From Granulicella sp. (GTDB taxonomy: Bacteria; Acidobacteriota; Terriglobia; Terriglobales; Acidobacteriaceae), in contig DAHWNL010000044.1 of the NCBI GenBank assembly GCA_027339965.1, forward strand, positions 1 to 56,054: 56,054 bases of DNA, in the 5' to 3' direction. This document shows, piece by piece, positions 46,214 through 56,054 of the stretch (the first letter of the stretch is position 1; each line of letters starts with the position of its first letter). The position numbers and the translations under genes were made by a program. The notes beneath the pieces are model-generated. The model was not told the origin of the DNA and made no database searches. It saw only the letters and a list, made by a program, of their open reading frames with translations.

Positions 46214-48463
46214 CTACGGCAGCGTGAACGGCTGCGTTAACGGCAGATTCCGGGATGAAGAACCCACCAGAATGGAGTAGGATCCCGGCGCGAGTTCCCA
46301 TCGGTCATGCGCCACGTCAAAGATCGTCAGGCGGTCGCGGTCCACGGGGATGGAGATCTGCTTGGTCTCACCCGGCTGCAGGGCAATTCGCGCCCATCCC
46401 ACCAGCCGCTTCGGAGGCTCCTGGGCAGCGGCGGGAAGCGCGGCATAGACCTCCGCGATCTCCGTACCCACGCGGTCTCCCGTATTCTTCAGGATAAAGT
46501 TCACCGTTACGGCCGTCCCTTTCGTCACATTCAGGTGAGAGTATGCGAAGGTGGTGTAAGTGAGCCCGAACCCGAACGGAAACAGGACCGGCTTGTTCTC
46601 CGCGTCATACCACTTGTAGCCCACCTTCAATCCTTCGTTGTAATAGGTCTGGAAGGCCGGCAGCCCGTAGCGCAGGGTCTTCATGTACTCCGCCCGCTTT
46701 TGCTTGTCCGCCGGAGGGTGCGGCTGTGAACTCGGCGGCGGCGTCACCAGCTCGGGATGCGGCAGATCCGCATCGCTCCTCGGGAAGGTGATAGCCAGCT
46801 TGCCACTGGGATTCACCTTGCCGGTGAGGATCTCGGCCAGCGCCTCCCCGCCTCGAATCCCCGGATACCAGGCCTCGAGGATGCCCTGCACCTTGTCTAC
46901 CCAAGGCATCGTTGCCGGGCTGCCGGTCTCCAGCACAACGATCGTTCTGGGATTTGCGGCGGCAACGGTCTCCACCAGTTTGTCCTGTTCGGGAGCAAGA
47001 TGGAGCGTGGGCAGATCAAGTCCCTCCGACTCCCACTGGTACGCAAAAACGATCGCAACATCGGCTTTGCCGGCGGCAGTCGCCGCCGCTGCCAGGTCAT
47101 CGCCTGAGGTGAAGCTGATCTCCGCCCCGGGCAGGGCCTCGCGCAGGGCGCGCAGCGGCGAGCTCGGCATCCACGCTTCGCGAATGGATGCCGCAAACAC
47201 GCCCTTGCCCGCTTGCGGGGGAACCGCGGAGCCGCCCGGTGGGTTCACCTGCGCGGAGCCGCCGCCGGAGAGCACGCCCACATCCGCATGGCCGCCAATC
47301 ACTGCGATGCGGTGAACTCCACTGAGCGGAAGGATGTGGTGTTCGTTCCTGAGCAGCACAATGCTCTCCTCGGCGATGTGCTGGGCCGTCGCATAGCCCT
47401 TTTCAACATCGGGCACTTGCGTCTTTCCCGGATCGTCGAAGAGCCCGGCGGCGAACATCGAGCGCAGGACGCGATGAACGTGCTCGTCGAGCTCTGCTGG
47501 TGCAACTCGGCCATCCTCCACCGCCTTCCTCAGCGCATCGCCGTAAAAGAGATCTCCCGGCTGCTCCTGGTCCAGCCCGGCATGGGAGGCCCGCACGGTG
47601 GAGTGGGTTCCACCCCAGTCAGAGAGTACAAATCCCTTGAAGCCAAAAGCGCCCTTTAGCACGTCACTCAGGAGATAGCTGTTCTGACAGGCATAAACCC
47701 CGTTGACGCGGTTGTAGGAGCACATGACGGCGCCTGCATGGGAGATCCGCAGGGCAATCTCAAAGGCGCGCAGGTCGGTTTCCCGCATCGCGCGCTGGTC
47801 AATATTGGCGTTCACGGCCGTTCGGCCGCTCTCCTGATCGTTGATCGCATAGTGCTTCACATCGCCGATGATGTGCCGCGACTGGACAGCCGCCTCGACG
47901 TTGCCATCCAACGTCCCGGCCAGCAAGGGATCTTCACCCATGTACTCAAAGGTGCGCCCGTCACGCGGCTCGCGCGCCAGGTTCACCCCTCCTCCCAAGG
48001 TCATGTTGTAGCCTTGGTCGCGCAACTCGTCGCCAATCAATCCGCCGTAGGTCCGCATCATCGCGGTATCCCACGACGATGCCGCGCCCAGATTGTTGGG
48101 CAAGGCCGTCGAGTAACGGCCCATCGCCGCGCCGCGCGTCACGCCGTAAGCGGAGTCCGCCATCTGAATCGAGGGAATGCCCAGCCGCGGAATCGCAACC
48201 GTGTACCCCGCGCCGCCATTGCTTCTGGTGACAGGCTGCGCCCCCATCGGCATACTCTGCCCGTGGAGCAGCGAGATCTTTTCGTCCAGCGTCATCTCTT
48301 TGATCACCAGATCGGCGCGGACGTCTGGCGACAGGCTCGCATCCGACCATGGAAACTGCTTTGCCGGCTGCGTTTTGGCGACCTGCGCCAGAGCAAGAGA
48401 GCCGCCGCACATTGCCGCAGCCAAGCCCAGCGCCAACCAGCAGCTTCGAGTATTCGATCCCAT
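46214..48463 (-). CDS. GH3 beta-glucosidase with C-terminal Fn3-like domain, secreted
   Basis: MTLDEK, GRTFEYMGEDP, KHY, MCSYNRVNG, LSDWG, ESEGLD, YNEGLKVGYKWYD, FPFGFGLTYT. Confidence 0.94.
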   Translation of the reverse strand: MGSNTRSCWLALGLAAAMCGGSLALAQVAKTQPAKQFPWSDASLSPDVRADLVIKEMTLDEKISLLHGQSMPMGAQPVTRSNGGAGYTVAIPRLGIPSIQMADSAYGVTRGAAMGRYSTALPNNLGAASSWDTAMMRTYGGLIGDELRDQGYNMTLGGGVNLAREPRDGRTFEYMGEDPLLAGTLDGNVEAAVQSRHIIGDVKHYAINDQESGRTAVNANIDQRAMRETDLRAFEIALRISHAGAVMCSYNRVNGVYACQNSYLLSDVLKGAFGFKGFVLSDWGGTHSTVRASHAGLDQEQPGDLFYGDALRKAVEDGRVAPAELDEHVHRVLRSMFAAGLFDDPGKTQVPDVEKGYATAQHIAEESIVLLRNEHHILPLSGVHRIAVIGGHADVGVLSGGGSAQVNPPGGSAVPPQAGKGVFAASIREAWMPSSPLRALREALPGAEISFTSGDDLAAAATAAGKADVAIVFAYQWESEGLDLPTLHLAPEQDKLVETVAAANPRTIVVLETGSPATMPWVDKVQGILEAWYPGIRGGEALAEILTGKVNPSGKLAITFPRSDADLPHPELVTPPPSSQPHPPADKQKRAEYMKTLRYGLPAFQTYYNEGLKVGYKWYDAENKPVLFPFGFGLTYTTFAYSHLNVTKGTAVTVNFILKNTGDRVGTEIAEVYAALPAAAQEPPKRLVGWARIALQPGETKQISIPVDRDRLTIFDVAHDRWELAPGSYSILVGSSSRNLPLTQPFTLP

Positions 48464-48679
48464 TCCGGCTCCTTCTTTCACTTGAGTGGATGTGCGGCGA
48501 CGTTGCGGCGTCTGCCGAGATTCCAGACTTCCGGTTCCCTCATGCGGGCATCACGACCGGCAAAGCCCTCCAGAAATCCTCCCCGAAACTTCCTTACCCC
48601 GTCAACCTTCTCATTCTCGGCAGGTCTTCCTTTCCGGCGCTGCCACGCGCCGGCTTGAAGCAAATGAAAGCGCCCTGTC

Positions 48680-48712
48680 TGACCGATCCTGGATGACCGA
48701 TCCTGGATGACC
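48680..48712. repeat. 14-bp tandem repeat (2.4 copies)
   Basis: tgaccgatcctgga x2 followed by tgacc. Confidence 0.9.
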
Positions 48713-48805
48713 AGTTCTCCCAACCGACGCTTCAGGATCAGAAGCGGGCATCTGCGCCATGAAAAGACAGACTTTTGCTCTTGGGCACACTATGGAGTGG
48801 GCTGT

Positions 48806-48853
48806 TGGTCCGGGTGGAGGGATTCGAACCCCGACCCTCTGCTCCCAAAGCAG
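48806..48853 (-). repeat. Displaced 3' fragment of tRNA-Pro (att site)
   Basis: Matches 50848-50896 with two substitutions and one deletion; runs from the CCA end through the anticodon stem-loop. Confidence 0.92.
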
Positions 48854-48966
48854 GTCAAGCGATTTATTGAGACCTGTTGAATCCAGGAGCAAATAACTGC
48901 GATCGAATGAATAGCTTACGGATGTAGTCTTCGCGCTTGTTGATTGTTGTTGCTTCTGGATGCAAT

Positions 48967-48987
48967 GACCGCTACAAAATCATCGAC
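48967..48987 (+). repeat. 21-bp perfect direct repeat, copy 1
   Basis: gaccgctacaaaatcatcgac, also at 50755-50775. Confidence 0.92.
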
Positions 48988-49034
48988 GCCGAAATGCCGA
49001 GATAAATCATCCCCGTTTAGAGTAGAATTATCTC

Positions 49035-49646
49035 ATGACGGAAAATTCCTATACCCCGGCCCAGGCATCGGCGGTCGCCAAGCTGCCGCTGAAGGCAGTC
49101 CAGAAACTCATCGATGTGCGGCTGATCCGTCCGCGCAGGATGCGGAGCGGACGCGAGACCCAGCGGCTCCTCTCGCCGGAACAGCTCGTCTATCTCCGGC
49201 TTGAGGCCGAAGGCGTGCGGCTGCTGCCGCTCGCGGCGCGACGCGAAGTGGCGCGGGCGGTGATTTCTGGGCCGGAGGTGCATTCCATTGCAGTTGCGGG
49301 CGGGTCCGCGCTCGTAATTGAGGTGAACCATGCTCGCCGGGAAGTCGAGCAGGAACTGAAGCGGCTGCGCAAAGTTCAGGAGATTGTCGTTTCAGACCCG
49401 GAGATTATGCGCGGGACGCCGGTCTTCAAGGGCACGCGCATCCCGGTCGAACTGGTGGCAGAAATGACTGCCCAAGGGGCGACGGTCGAAGAAATCCGCG
49501 CGGGATACCCGGCACTTAGCCGTGAGCAGGTGGAACTGGCCCCGCTCTATGTAGCGGCATTCCCGCGCCGTGGCCGCCCGGCGCAACGCCCCTGGGCAAA
49601 GAACAAGCCGGTCGGTATCACCCGGCAGCACCGCGCGGTGGCCTGA
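49035..49646 (+). CDS. HTH plus DUF433 antitoxin-like protein
   Basis: N-terminal YTPAQASAVAKLP HTH-like segment; IVVSDPEIMRGTPVFKGTRIPV..GATVEEIRAGYPAL. Confidence 0.88.
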   Translation: MTENSYTPAQASAVAKLPLKAVQKLIDVRLIRPRRMRSGRETQRLLSPEQLVYLRLEAEGVRLLPLAARREVARAVISGPEVHSIAVAGGSALVIEVNHARREVEQELKRLRKVQEIVVSDPEIMRGTPVFKGTRIPVELVAEMTAQGATVEEIRAGYPALSREQVELAPLYVAAFPRRGRPAQRPWAKNKPVGITRQHRAVA

Positions 49647-50038
49647 GCCCGAATCCATGGCGCGCCAAATTCTTCATCGACGAGTGCCTGCATGCTCCCC
49701 TGGTCGAGCTGGCTCATGCCGCCGGTCACACGGCGGCCCATATGACCTGTCTCAGGCTCGGTGGCGCGAAAGATTGGCAGTTAATGGATACGACCCTGGA
49801 GAGCGACTCCACCTTTGTGACCAACAACCGGTTAGACTTCCTTGCGCTCTATAATCGTGCTCCGGTCCATGTGGGCCTCGTCATCATCCTTCCCAACGTG
49901 ACACCACTCCGGCAGCGGGACCTCTTTCAGGCGGCGCTTCACCATATCCGAGGGTGCGAAATCATCAACGCGGTCCTCGAAGTGGAGTATCACGGCGAAC
50001 GGATCGAGTGCCGCCAACATCCGTTGCCACCGGGTTAA
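49643..50038 (+). CDS. DUF5615 PIN-like toxin; non-canonical CTG start or 5' frameshift
   Basis: The frame of ORF 49742 extends upstream as KFFIDECL..AGHTAAH, followed by GAKDWQL..FVTNNRLDF..GLVII. Confidence 0.78.
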   Translation: MSPNPWRAKFFIDECLHAPLVELAHAAGHTAAHMTCLRLGGAKDWQLMDTTLESDSTFVTNNRLDFLALYNRAPVHVGLVIILPNVTPLRQRDLFQAALHHIRGCEIINAVLEVEYHGERIECRQHPLPPG

Positions 50039-50059
50039 TTCTCTGCCGGCGATGGGGGG

Positions 50060-50545
50060 TTATCCTCCCGAACCTTTCCAGAATCGCAAGCGCTGCAGTG
50101 TGCTCTTAGGTACTGCGCGACCCGCAGCAGCCACAATCTCATCGCTAATGCTTCGATATGCAATATCCAAGACGAGCCTATTGTGAGGAGCATTCTCCTT
50201 TCGGCATTCGGCGACCGATTCAGACCAGCGCCTGCGCAGCCGGCGTAAGTCCAGATCTTTCGTGATAAACAAGCGGTCAGAAGCAATGCGTAATACTTCG
50301 TTTACATGGTCTGCAATTAAGTCTGCATCCTCGTCGCACACCTGACGTGGAAATGAGCCCGCAGACTTGTATGACACAGCCAAAGCGGTTATCAGTTCCT
50401 TGAACTCCTGCTTCTTGTTATCGAGGATCCATTTTTCGCGGTCCCGCGATCGTGTGAGCCAATGTACCATGAGCGTGCTCACAACACTGCCGCTGGCGGC
50501 GCCTATGAAGGCTGAAACAATTGCGTCTGTCACGGTTGTAACCAT
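50060..50545 (-). CDS. Hypothetical protein with an N-terminal TM anchor (islet cargo)
   Basis: 161-aa ORF; hydrophobic N-terminus followed by charged RSRDREKWILDNKKQEF; appears lower in GC. Confidence 0.65.
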   Translation of the reverse strand: MVTTVTDAIVSAFIGAASGSVVSTLMVHWLTRSRDREKWILDNKKQEFKELITALAVSYKSAGSFPRQVCDEDADLIADHVNEVLRIASDRLFITKDLDLRRLRRRWSESVAECRKENAPHNRLVLDIAYRSISDEIVAAAGRAVPKSTLQRLRFWKGSGG

Positions 50546-50754
50546 GCTAACGCGCTAATAGCAGTATCTGTCGCTGGGTAACTCACGGGTATCGCATCTG
50601 CCTTCGCGGCAGATCGCTGGGCCGTCACCTTTCAGGTGAGGAAATGCGTGTGGAATCCTGCTACGAATTGGGCACCAATTCTTGCCGGGAGCCGGACCTA
50701 AGCCGCGCACAAAATTGCTCTTCAAAAGCTCATTTCGATCTTCGAAAAGACCCC

Positions 50755-50775
50755 GACCGCTACAAAATCATCGAC
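50755..50775 (+). repeat. 21-bp perfect direct repeat, copy 2
   Basis: gaccgctacaaaatcatcgac. Confidence 0.92.
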
Positions 50776-50847
50776 ACCCGTGCAGCGGTAAAAAGCAGAG
50801 GCGTGGCCGGAATCGGCCATATCGCCTGCAATATCTAAGGTTTAAGA

Positions 50848-50924
50848 TGGTCGGGGCGGAGGGATTCGAACCCCCGACCCTCTGCTCCCAAAGCAGATGC
50901 GCTACCAGACTGCGCTACGCCCCG
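50848..50924 (-). tRNA. tRNA-Pro (TGG)
   Basis: CGGGGCGTAGCGCAGTCTGGTAGCGCATCTGCTTTGGGAGCAGAGGGTCGGGGGTTCGAATCCCTCCGCCCCGACCA; 77 nt with encoded CCA. Confidence 0.98.
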
Positions 50925-50932
50925 ACAGCCCC

Positions 50933-50941
50933 ATCATATCA
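50933..50941 (-). promoter_or_regulatory. Extended -10 promoter for tRNA-Pro
   Basis: TGaTATGAT, 8 bp upstream of the tRNA 5' end. Confidence 0.5.
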
Positions 50942-51853
50942 ACATTGCCCGCGGCCAGGCCGAGACGCCCACACAGCCACCCACCACGTAGTCGTGCCCC
51001 AGCAACGGCCCCCCATCCTCCAGAGAGCCGACCACACCTGCCCTCGCCTCGAGAAGGAACACGCGCCTGTCTGCCCGGATCCTTGCGAGTCGGAACGGCG
51101 CGGGGCATTACCTTCCGCCCTTGGCTCTTCGCTTCCGGCTGGCAGGATGCTACTGGATTAGGCTGGCGATCGTTCAGTGGCAGAACGCTGCCCTGTGGTA
51201 GCACATGTCCTTGCTTGGCCCCCGACTGGCCGCCCCAACTCTCCCCGCCGCCTTCTTCCTTTACGAAAAGATTTTCTGACTCGCAATCAATCGCGCTGGA
51301 GAATCGCGGTCGGCGAACGAACCGATCCGATCCCTCTGGGCGGTGATGTGGCGTTCCCACGTCTGCCTCAGGCTGAAGCGGCGCGCATCCTCGATGCGGC
51401 GCGCATCCTCCATATTGAATCAGGGATATTCAATCAGGATGGTCGTTCCATACCACACGGGACTGCCGGGAAACCGCCGGATTGTCCCTCCACCGCACAT
51501 GGCAGGCTGCTCATCCAGGCCGAAGACCTGTCGCCCAAAGAAGCCGGCACAGGACCACCCCTCTGGGATAGGCATGAGGAGCGAGACAAGCTCCGCATAT
51601 TTTTGCTGTTTCTTCGCTATTACTGCAGCCGACTCATCGGGACGACCCGTTTTCAATATGATTCTATTTCACATTTTACATCTCGAAATTTGAGAAGTTT
51701 GCGTTTTTTTTGCCAACTTTGCCATTTCTATGGACAAGATGGTCATTTCTGTATTAAATTTTGCAGCAAGTTCGAAGAACGGTTCAGAGCCTGCGAAGCT
51801 GGTGTCACACTTCGCCGCGTTACCTCTCAACTGCCTTCCATAGGAGAAAAGTG

Positions 51854-54800
51854 ATGCAGTTCAAAAACATCGATAAAGGTCTCCGAAGCTCCCTCCTGGT
51901 CTTGGCTCTACTCATCACGTGGACCCTTGGCCGCAGCGCTCTGGCGCAGAACGCACAGGGCAACATCGTAGGCCACGTGACAGACCCGACGGGCGCCGCC
52001 ATACCCAACGCCACGGTGACGGTTACCAATACGGACACCAACGTCTCTTTGACCTTCCATACCAACTCCGTTGGAGACTACACCGCGCCGGCGATCAACC
52101 CCGGACCCTACACCGTAACGGTGAATGCGCCCGGATTCCGCCCGGCGGTCTCTCAGACGCTGACGCTTGAGGTACAACAGACGCTGCGCGAGAACGTCAA
52201 GCTGAAGGTGGGAGCCGCAGCTAGCAAGGTGGTGGTGAGCGCATCCAACCAGATGCTCCATACTGATGACACCACGATTGGCCAGGTGCTTTCGGCCAAC
52301 ATGATTCAGGCTCTGCCGATCTACGGCGGCGACTTCACCAACCTGATGCTGACCAACGCCGGCACAAGCATCACGCCTGGCGGATCCGGAGTGGACTGGG
52401 GTTATCACGGCCTCAACACCTAGTACATGGAGACCAGCTCCAACGGCGTTCAAGCCCAGTCGACGAACTATACCGTGGACGGGATCTTTGACGCTGATTT
52501 CTTCTTCAGCGTTCCCATCAACATCCCCAATGATCTCGCCATTAACCAGTTCAAAATGATGAGCGGCATGTACGGCGCTCAGTACGGCGAGGGCGTCACT
52601 TCCGTGAATGTGGACATCAAGTCCGGCACCAGCAGACTGCATGGCGCAGCGTATGAGCGCCTCGAGTCGCAGACGTTCCAACCGAATAGCCCGTTACAAG
52701 AACTTGAGAACCAGATCACGGGAAGCCACACCCCCGTCAACCCGCCGTTCCATCAGGATCAATTTGGTGGAACGCTGGGCGGGCCGCTTTGGATCCCCCA
52801 TGTGTATAGCGGCAAGAAGACCTTCTGGTTTGTAAGCTACGACGAAGGCCTGTTCAGCGAGATCAATACGCCCAGCACAGACTATGTGCCGACCGCAGCA
52901 GAGATCTCCGGCAACTTCAGCGACTGGCCGTTTCCCATCTACGACCCGACGACGACGAAGCCCAATCCAAACTACAACAAGAATTTGCCCGTCAGTCCCA
53001 CCAACTCGCCCATCATTCGGACCCCATTTCCGAATAACCAGATTCCGGCCAGCATGTTGGATCCAGTCTCACAAAAGCTGGCCAAGTTCTTTGACAGCGA
53101 AAACATCAACAATTGCTCCGTATCTCAGCACATTCTGACGGGCTGCTTCAACTACTCCGCCGATACCAAGACCACCAGGACGCAAGGCGTCGGCACAGGG
53201 CGTATCGACCAGTACATCGGCAGCCTGGATCACATTTATTTGACGGCTAACGTTGGCAGCCTCAAGCAGGAATCATCCAGCATTCGGTTTGGCCAGGGCG
53301 GAGAGGTATTCACACTGCCCAAACTGTTCGGCGCAACCTGGAATCATTCCTTCACTCCGAACCTGATGAACCAGGCCACCCTGGGTTATGACCGCGACCA
53401 CTATGACAACAGTCAAAACACGGCCTACGGCCCCGATATCTCCGCACAGGTGGGGTTGTCGAACACCAATCCGAACCCGGTAACCTACGACTCGCCCCAG
53501 GTGAATATCTTTGACTACCAGGGCTTCGGCGGCGGCGAGCCAACCACCTATACGGACGATATCTACCAGGGCATCGACACGGTGACCTACGTGCATGGAC
53601 GCCACACCCTCAACTTCGGCATCAACTTTATGCGTCTGCAGTTGGCCGAGTTCGATAACTACTTGGGCACCGGATCCCTGAGCTTCAATGGCGAGTTCAC
53701 GGCGGAGGACCCCGCCGCCGCAGGTAGCTCTCTGGGCAACAGCAGCGGCTACAGCGCCCTTGCTCCGTATGAAGGAAACGCCATGGCCGACTTCCTGCTG
53801 GGCGATACCAGCAGCGCGAGCGGACCTCCGCCGGTCGCTACGGACGACTACGTCCTGTGGGGAAACAACTGGAATCTCTACGCCGAGGACGATATTCAAG
53901 CCACGGACCATTTGACCATCAACGCCGGGCTGCGCTGGGAGCGTCCGCCCAGCCTGCACTCCAAGAACGCTGACGGCTACGCCTTCCTTACTGGCAATGG
54001 AGGACAGTTCCAGTGGGCCAACTGCAACTTCACCAAACCCATTCTGGCTGTCGGCGGCAATCCGAACTTCCTGCAGTGCGGCGCCGCCAACACGCTGGTG
54101 CCGATCGACCAGAAGGACTTTGCGCCGCGCATCGGCTTCTCCTATAACCCGGCGGCACTCAATCAGCGCCTGGTGATCCGCGGCGGCTACGGCATCTTCT
54201 ATGGACTGTATAACCGCTACTACGATGGCACCCAGTTTGATAAAGACTCACTGTACAACGAATCAGCGCCGACGATTTCGACGCCTACCGGCCTTGAGAC
54301 GCAGTCCACGGGGGTGGTGCAAGACCTCTGGTCGGCGCCAGTCAATGCAGATCAGTTATTCGTCACGCCGGGCTGGGAGTTCCCCTTCAACCAAGTCGAC
54401 TGGCCGCACAACCATGATCCATACGACGAACAATGGTCACTGGATACGCAGTACCAACTGAGACCCTCGCTGATGCTGGATGTAGGGTATGTGGGCGATC
54501 ACGGTCTGCGTCAGCCCAGCCAGGACATCATCGGCTCGGCCACGCCTCCACGGGTAGCCGGCGACCCCTGTAACTCACTGGCGGACATCTCGCAGGCCAC
54601 AGGCTCCTCCGCCTCCTGCTTGACGGACCCGAACTTCCAACCCATGGATACGCGTGAACCGTACGCGAATATGCCTCCTTACCTTTATGCCAACTACAAC
54701 GCCTTCCATTCCTCCTACAACGCTCTCCAGGTGCAACTGATCCAGCGCGAGAGCCATGGGCTGATGTACCACATCAATTACACCTGGTCCAAGGCGATGG

Positions 54801-55453
54801 ACCTGACCTCCGGCATCAATTTGATCAACGGTGAGCCCAGTCTGATCCAGGATCCCCAGAATCCTTACCAGATGTACGGTCTTTCCGCATCCAACCAGAC
54901 CAATCGGCTGGTAGCCACCTATGCCTACCAGGTACCCGACTTCCACTTCAGACACTTTAACCAGTTGTTCACCGGCTGGACCGCAAGCGGCATCGACCAA
55001 CTCTCGAGCGGGTTCCCGTTCTCCATCGGCGCAGGCGAATCGGAAGACCAGTTTTCAGAGTTTTACGCCAGCCGCATTCTGGCCAACTCCACTTACCAGA
55101 ACTCTCCGGGTTTCCGCAGCACTCTCACCCGGTACTTCGATACTTCGAAGTATTCAACGCCGGCACTGGGGCGCTATGGCAACACAAACAAGAGTCCCGA
55201 GACTACACCGTTCTATGCGGACTTCAACATGAGCTTCGGCAAGACCACCACAGTCTATAAAGGCTCGACTTTGATGATCCGCGCCGATATCTTCAACCTG
55301 GGATCAACCTGGCACAGTAGCACGGGTCTGTTGTTTCCGGACTCAGGCGTCACGGATACTACCTTTGGCGCCTTCAGCAACACCACGGAGTACGGCGCAA
55401 CCGGTCTCTACAACCCTCGCATCATCCAAATGGTCGCCCAGTACACCTTCTAA
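51854..55453 (+). pseudogene. Oar-like TonB-dependent receptor interrupted by one in-frame TAG (52421-52423)
   Basis: ORFs 51761-52423 and 52427-55453 are in the same frame (..YHGLNT*YMETSSNG..). AGGAG RBS, signal peptide, GHVTDPTGAAIP, DFAPRIGF, C-terminal QYTF. Confidence 0.85.
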
Positions 55454-55557
55454 GGCGATGCGCATCGTGGCCACCATGGACTGCAAAGGCATCTCCATTG
55501 CAAGGATCGATTTGCTCTTCGTGGCTCGAAGCAACACTCCATCTCAACCGTAGGACC

Positions 55558-55597
55558 AACTCCGGCTGCCTGAAAAACTGCAGGCAGCCGGAGTTTT
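55558..55597 (+). terminator. Rho-independent terminator
   Basis: aactccggctgcctg-N8-caggcagccggagtt forms a 15-bp perfect stem ending in TTTT. Confidence 0.75.
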
Positions 55598-56054
55598 AAA
55601 TCCTGAACGTCTTTGCCTTCTCTTCAGAGACGTTCTTGCAATTACCTGAGGCGAGAAGCTCCGGGCAGCCTTGGCGGCCGGCGGTAGCAGCCAAAGTTTC
55701 GCTCTCTGCCACCGTGACTCCCAGGGCTCTACAAGTTCGATGAGGCGTCTCCCGACTCCGAGAATCTTCCTCTCCCAGCAGGCAAGATCCCCCTCGGCTC
55801 ACGGACCGCCGTTCGGCTGACTGCAGGCGTGAGCAGATCCTGTAGAAACCCAGCATCGTGCCCGGATGAAGATGCCAATGCAGGCCGCAGTCTCGGCAAG
55901 AAGGATGCGATAAAAGAGCCTGATGTATGCCGATCTCCCTGGAAGTGACCGTAGACTCGTTGGATTCATCGCTGGCCGCGCAGGCAGGCGGAGCGGACCG
56001 CATTGAACTTTGCTCGGCTTTGCGTGAGGGTGGGGTAACGCCGAGCGCCGGCTT

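Larger units (their letters stand above)
48806..50896. mobile_element. Integrase-less genomic islet at tRNA-Pro
   Basis: Bounded by the tRNA 3'-half direct repeat; carries a TA pair and one orphan ORF. Confidence 0.8.

Noticed and set aside
48806..48853. Second tRNA-Pro gene
   Set aside because: It lacks the 5' acceptor strand and D-arm; it is an att fragment.
50945..51850. ORFs in the tRNA-TBDR gap (for example 51177-51854)
   Set aside because: No recognisable motifs; they run into an AT-rich promoter-like tract.
7942..52423. Genome-wide TAG recoding suggested by in-frame TAGs at 7942, 9940 and 52421
   Set aside because: Conserved genes end normally at TAG (JAMM 8948, sugar dehydrogenase 28019, epimerase 33018). 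The IS has other lesions, and TAG 9940 is followed by an in-frame TGA.
55596..56003. 135-aa minus-strand ORF
   Set aside because: No family motifs or clear RBS; cannot be supported.
1..56054. CRISPR array, rRNA, prophage structural genes, integrase
   Set aside because: No repeat-spacer periodicity and no such genes recognised.

Overview
GC-rich bacterial chromosomal segment. Gene content (three Oar-like carboxypeptidase-domain TonB-dependent receptors, a DUF6982-like gene, an exosortase/EPS cluster) suggests Acidobacteriaceae; this is an inference. From left to right: (1) 1-8.3 kb is a carbohydrate-utilisation block (TBDR cut by the window edge, beta-propeller glycosidase, GH5 lipoprotein, GH43) with LacI-type operators and two decayed IS elements. 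(2) 8.5-11.3 kb is a JAMM protease / USP / MoaD-like carrier / MoeZ sulfur-relay cluster. The carrier has a 27-aa tail after its Gly-Gly. (3) 11.4-16.7 kb holds hom, a guanine deaminase-like gene, a motif-degenerate allantoate amidohydrolase homolog and SSADH. (4) 16.9-26.1 kb holds a TBDR-like barrel, a DUF5666-like protein, a CocE/NonD hydrolase and a Tat-exported GtaA-like protein. (5) 26.6-45.8 kb is a PEP-CTERM/exosortase-EPS export locus. It has two atypical sigma54 activators, no kinase, and four -24/-12 promoters readable in the sequence. (6) A GH3 gene follows. (7) An integrase-less ~2.1 kb islet sits at tRNA-Pro(TGG), with a DUF433/PIN toxin-antitoxin pair and internal perfect 21-bp direct repeats. 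(8) The last TBDR is interrupted by a single in-frame TAG. No rRNA or CRISPR array was seen. All family calls come from motif recognition by eye, not from database searches.
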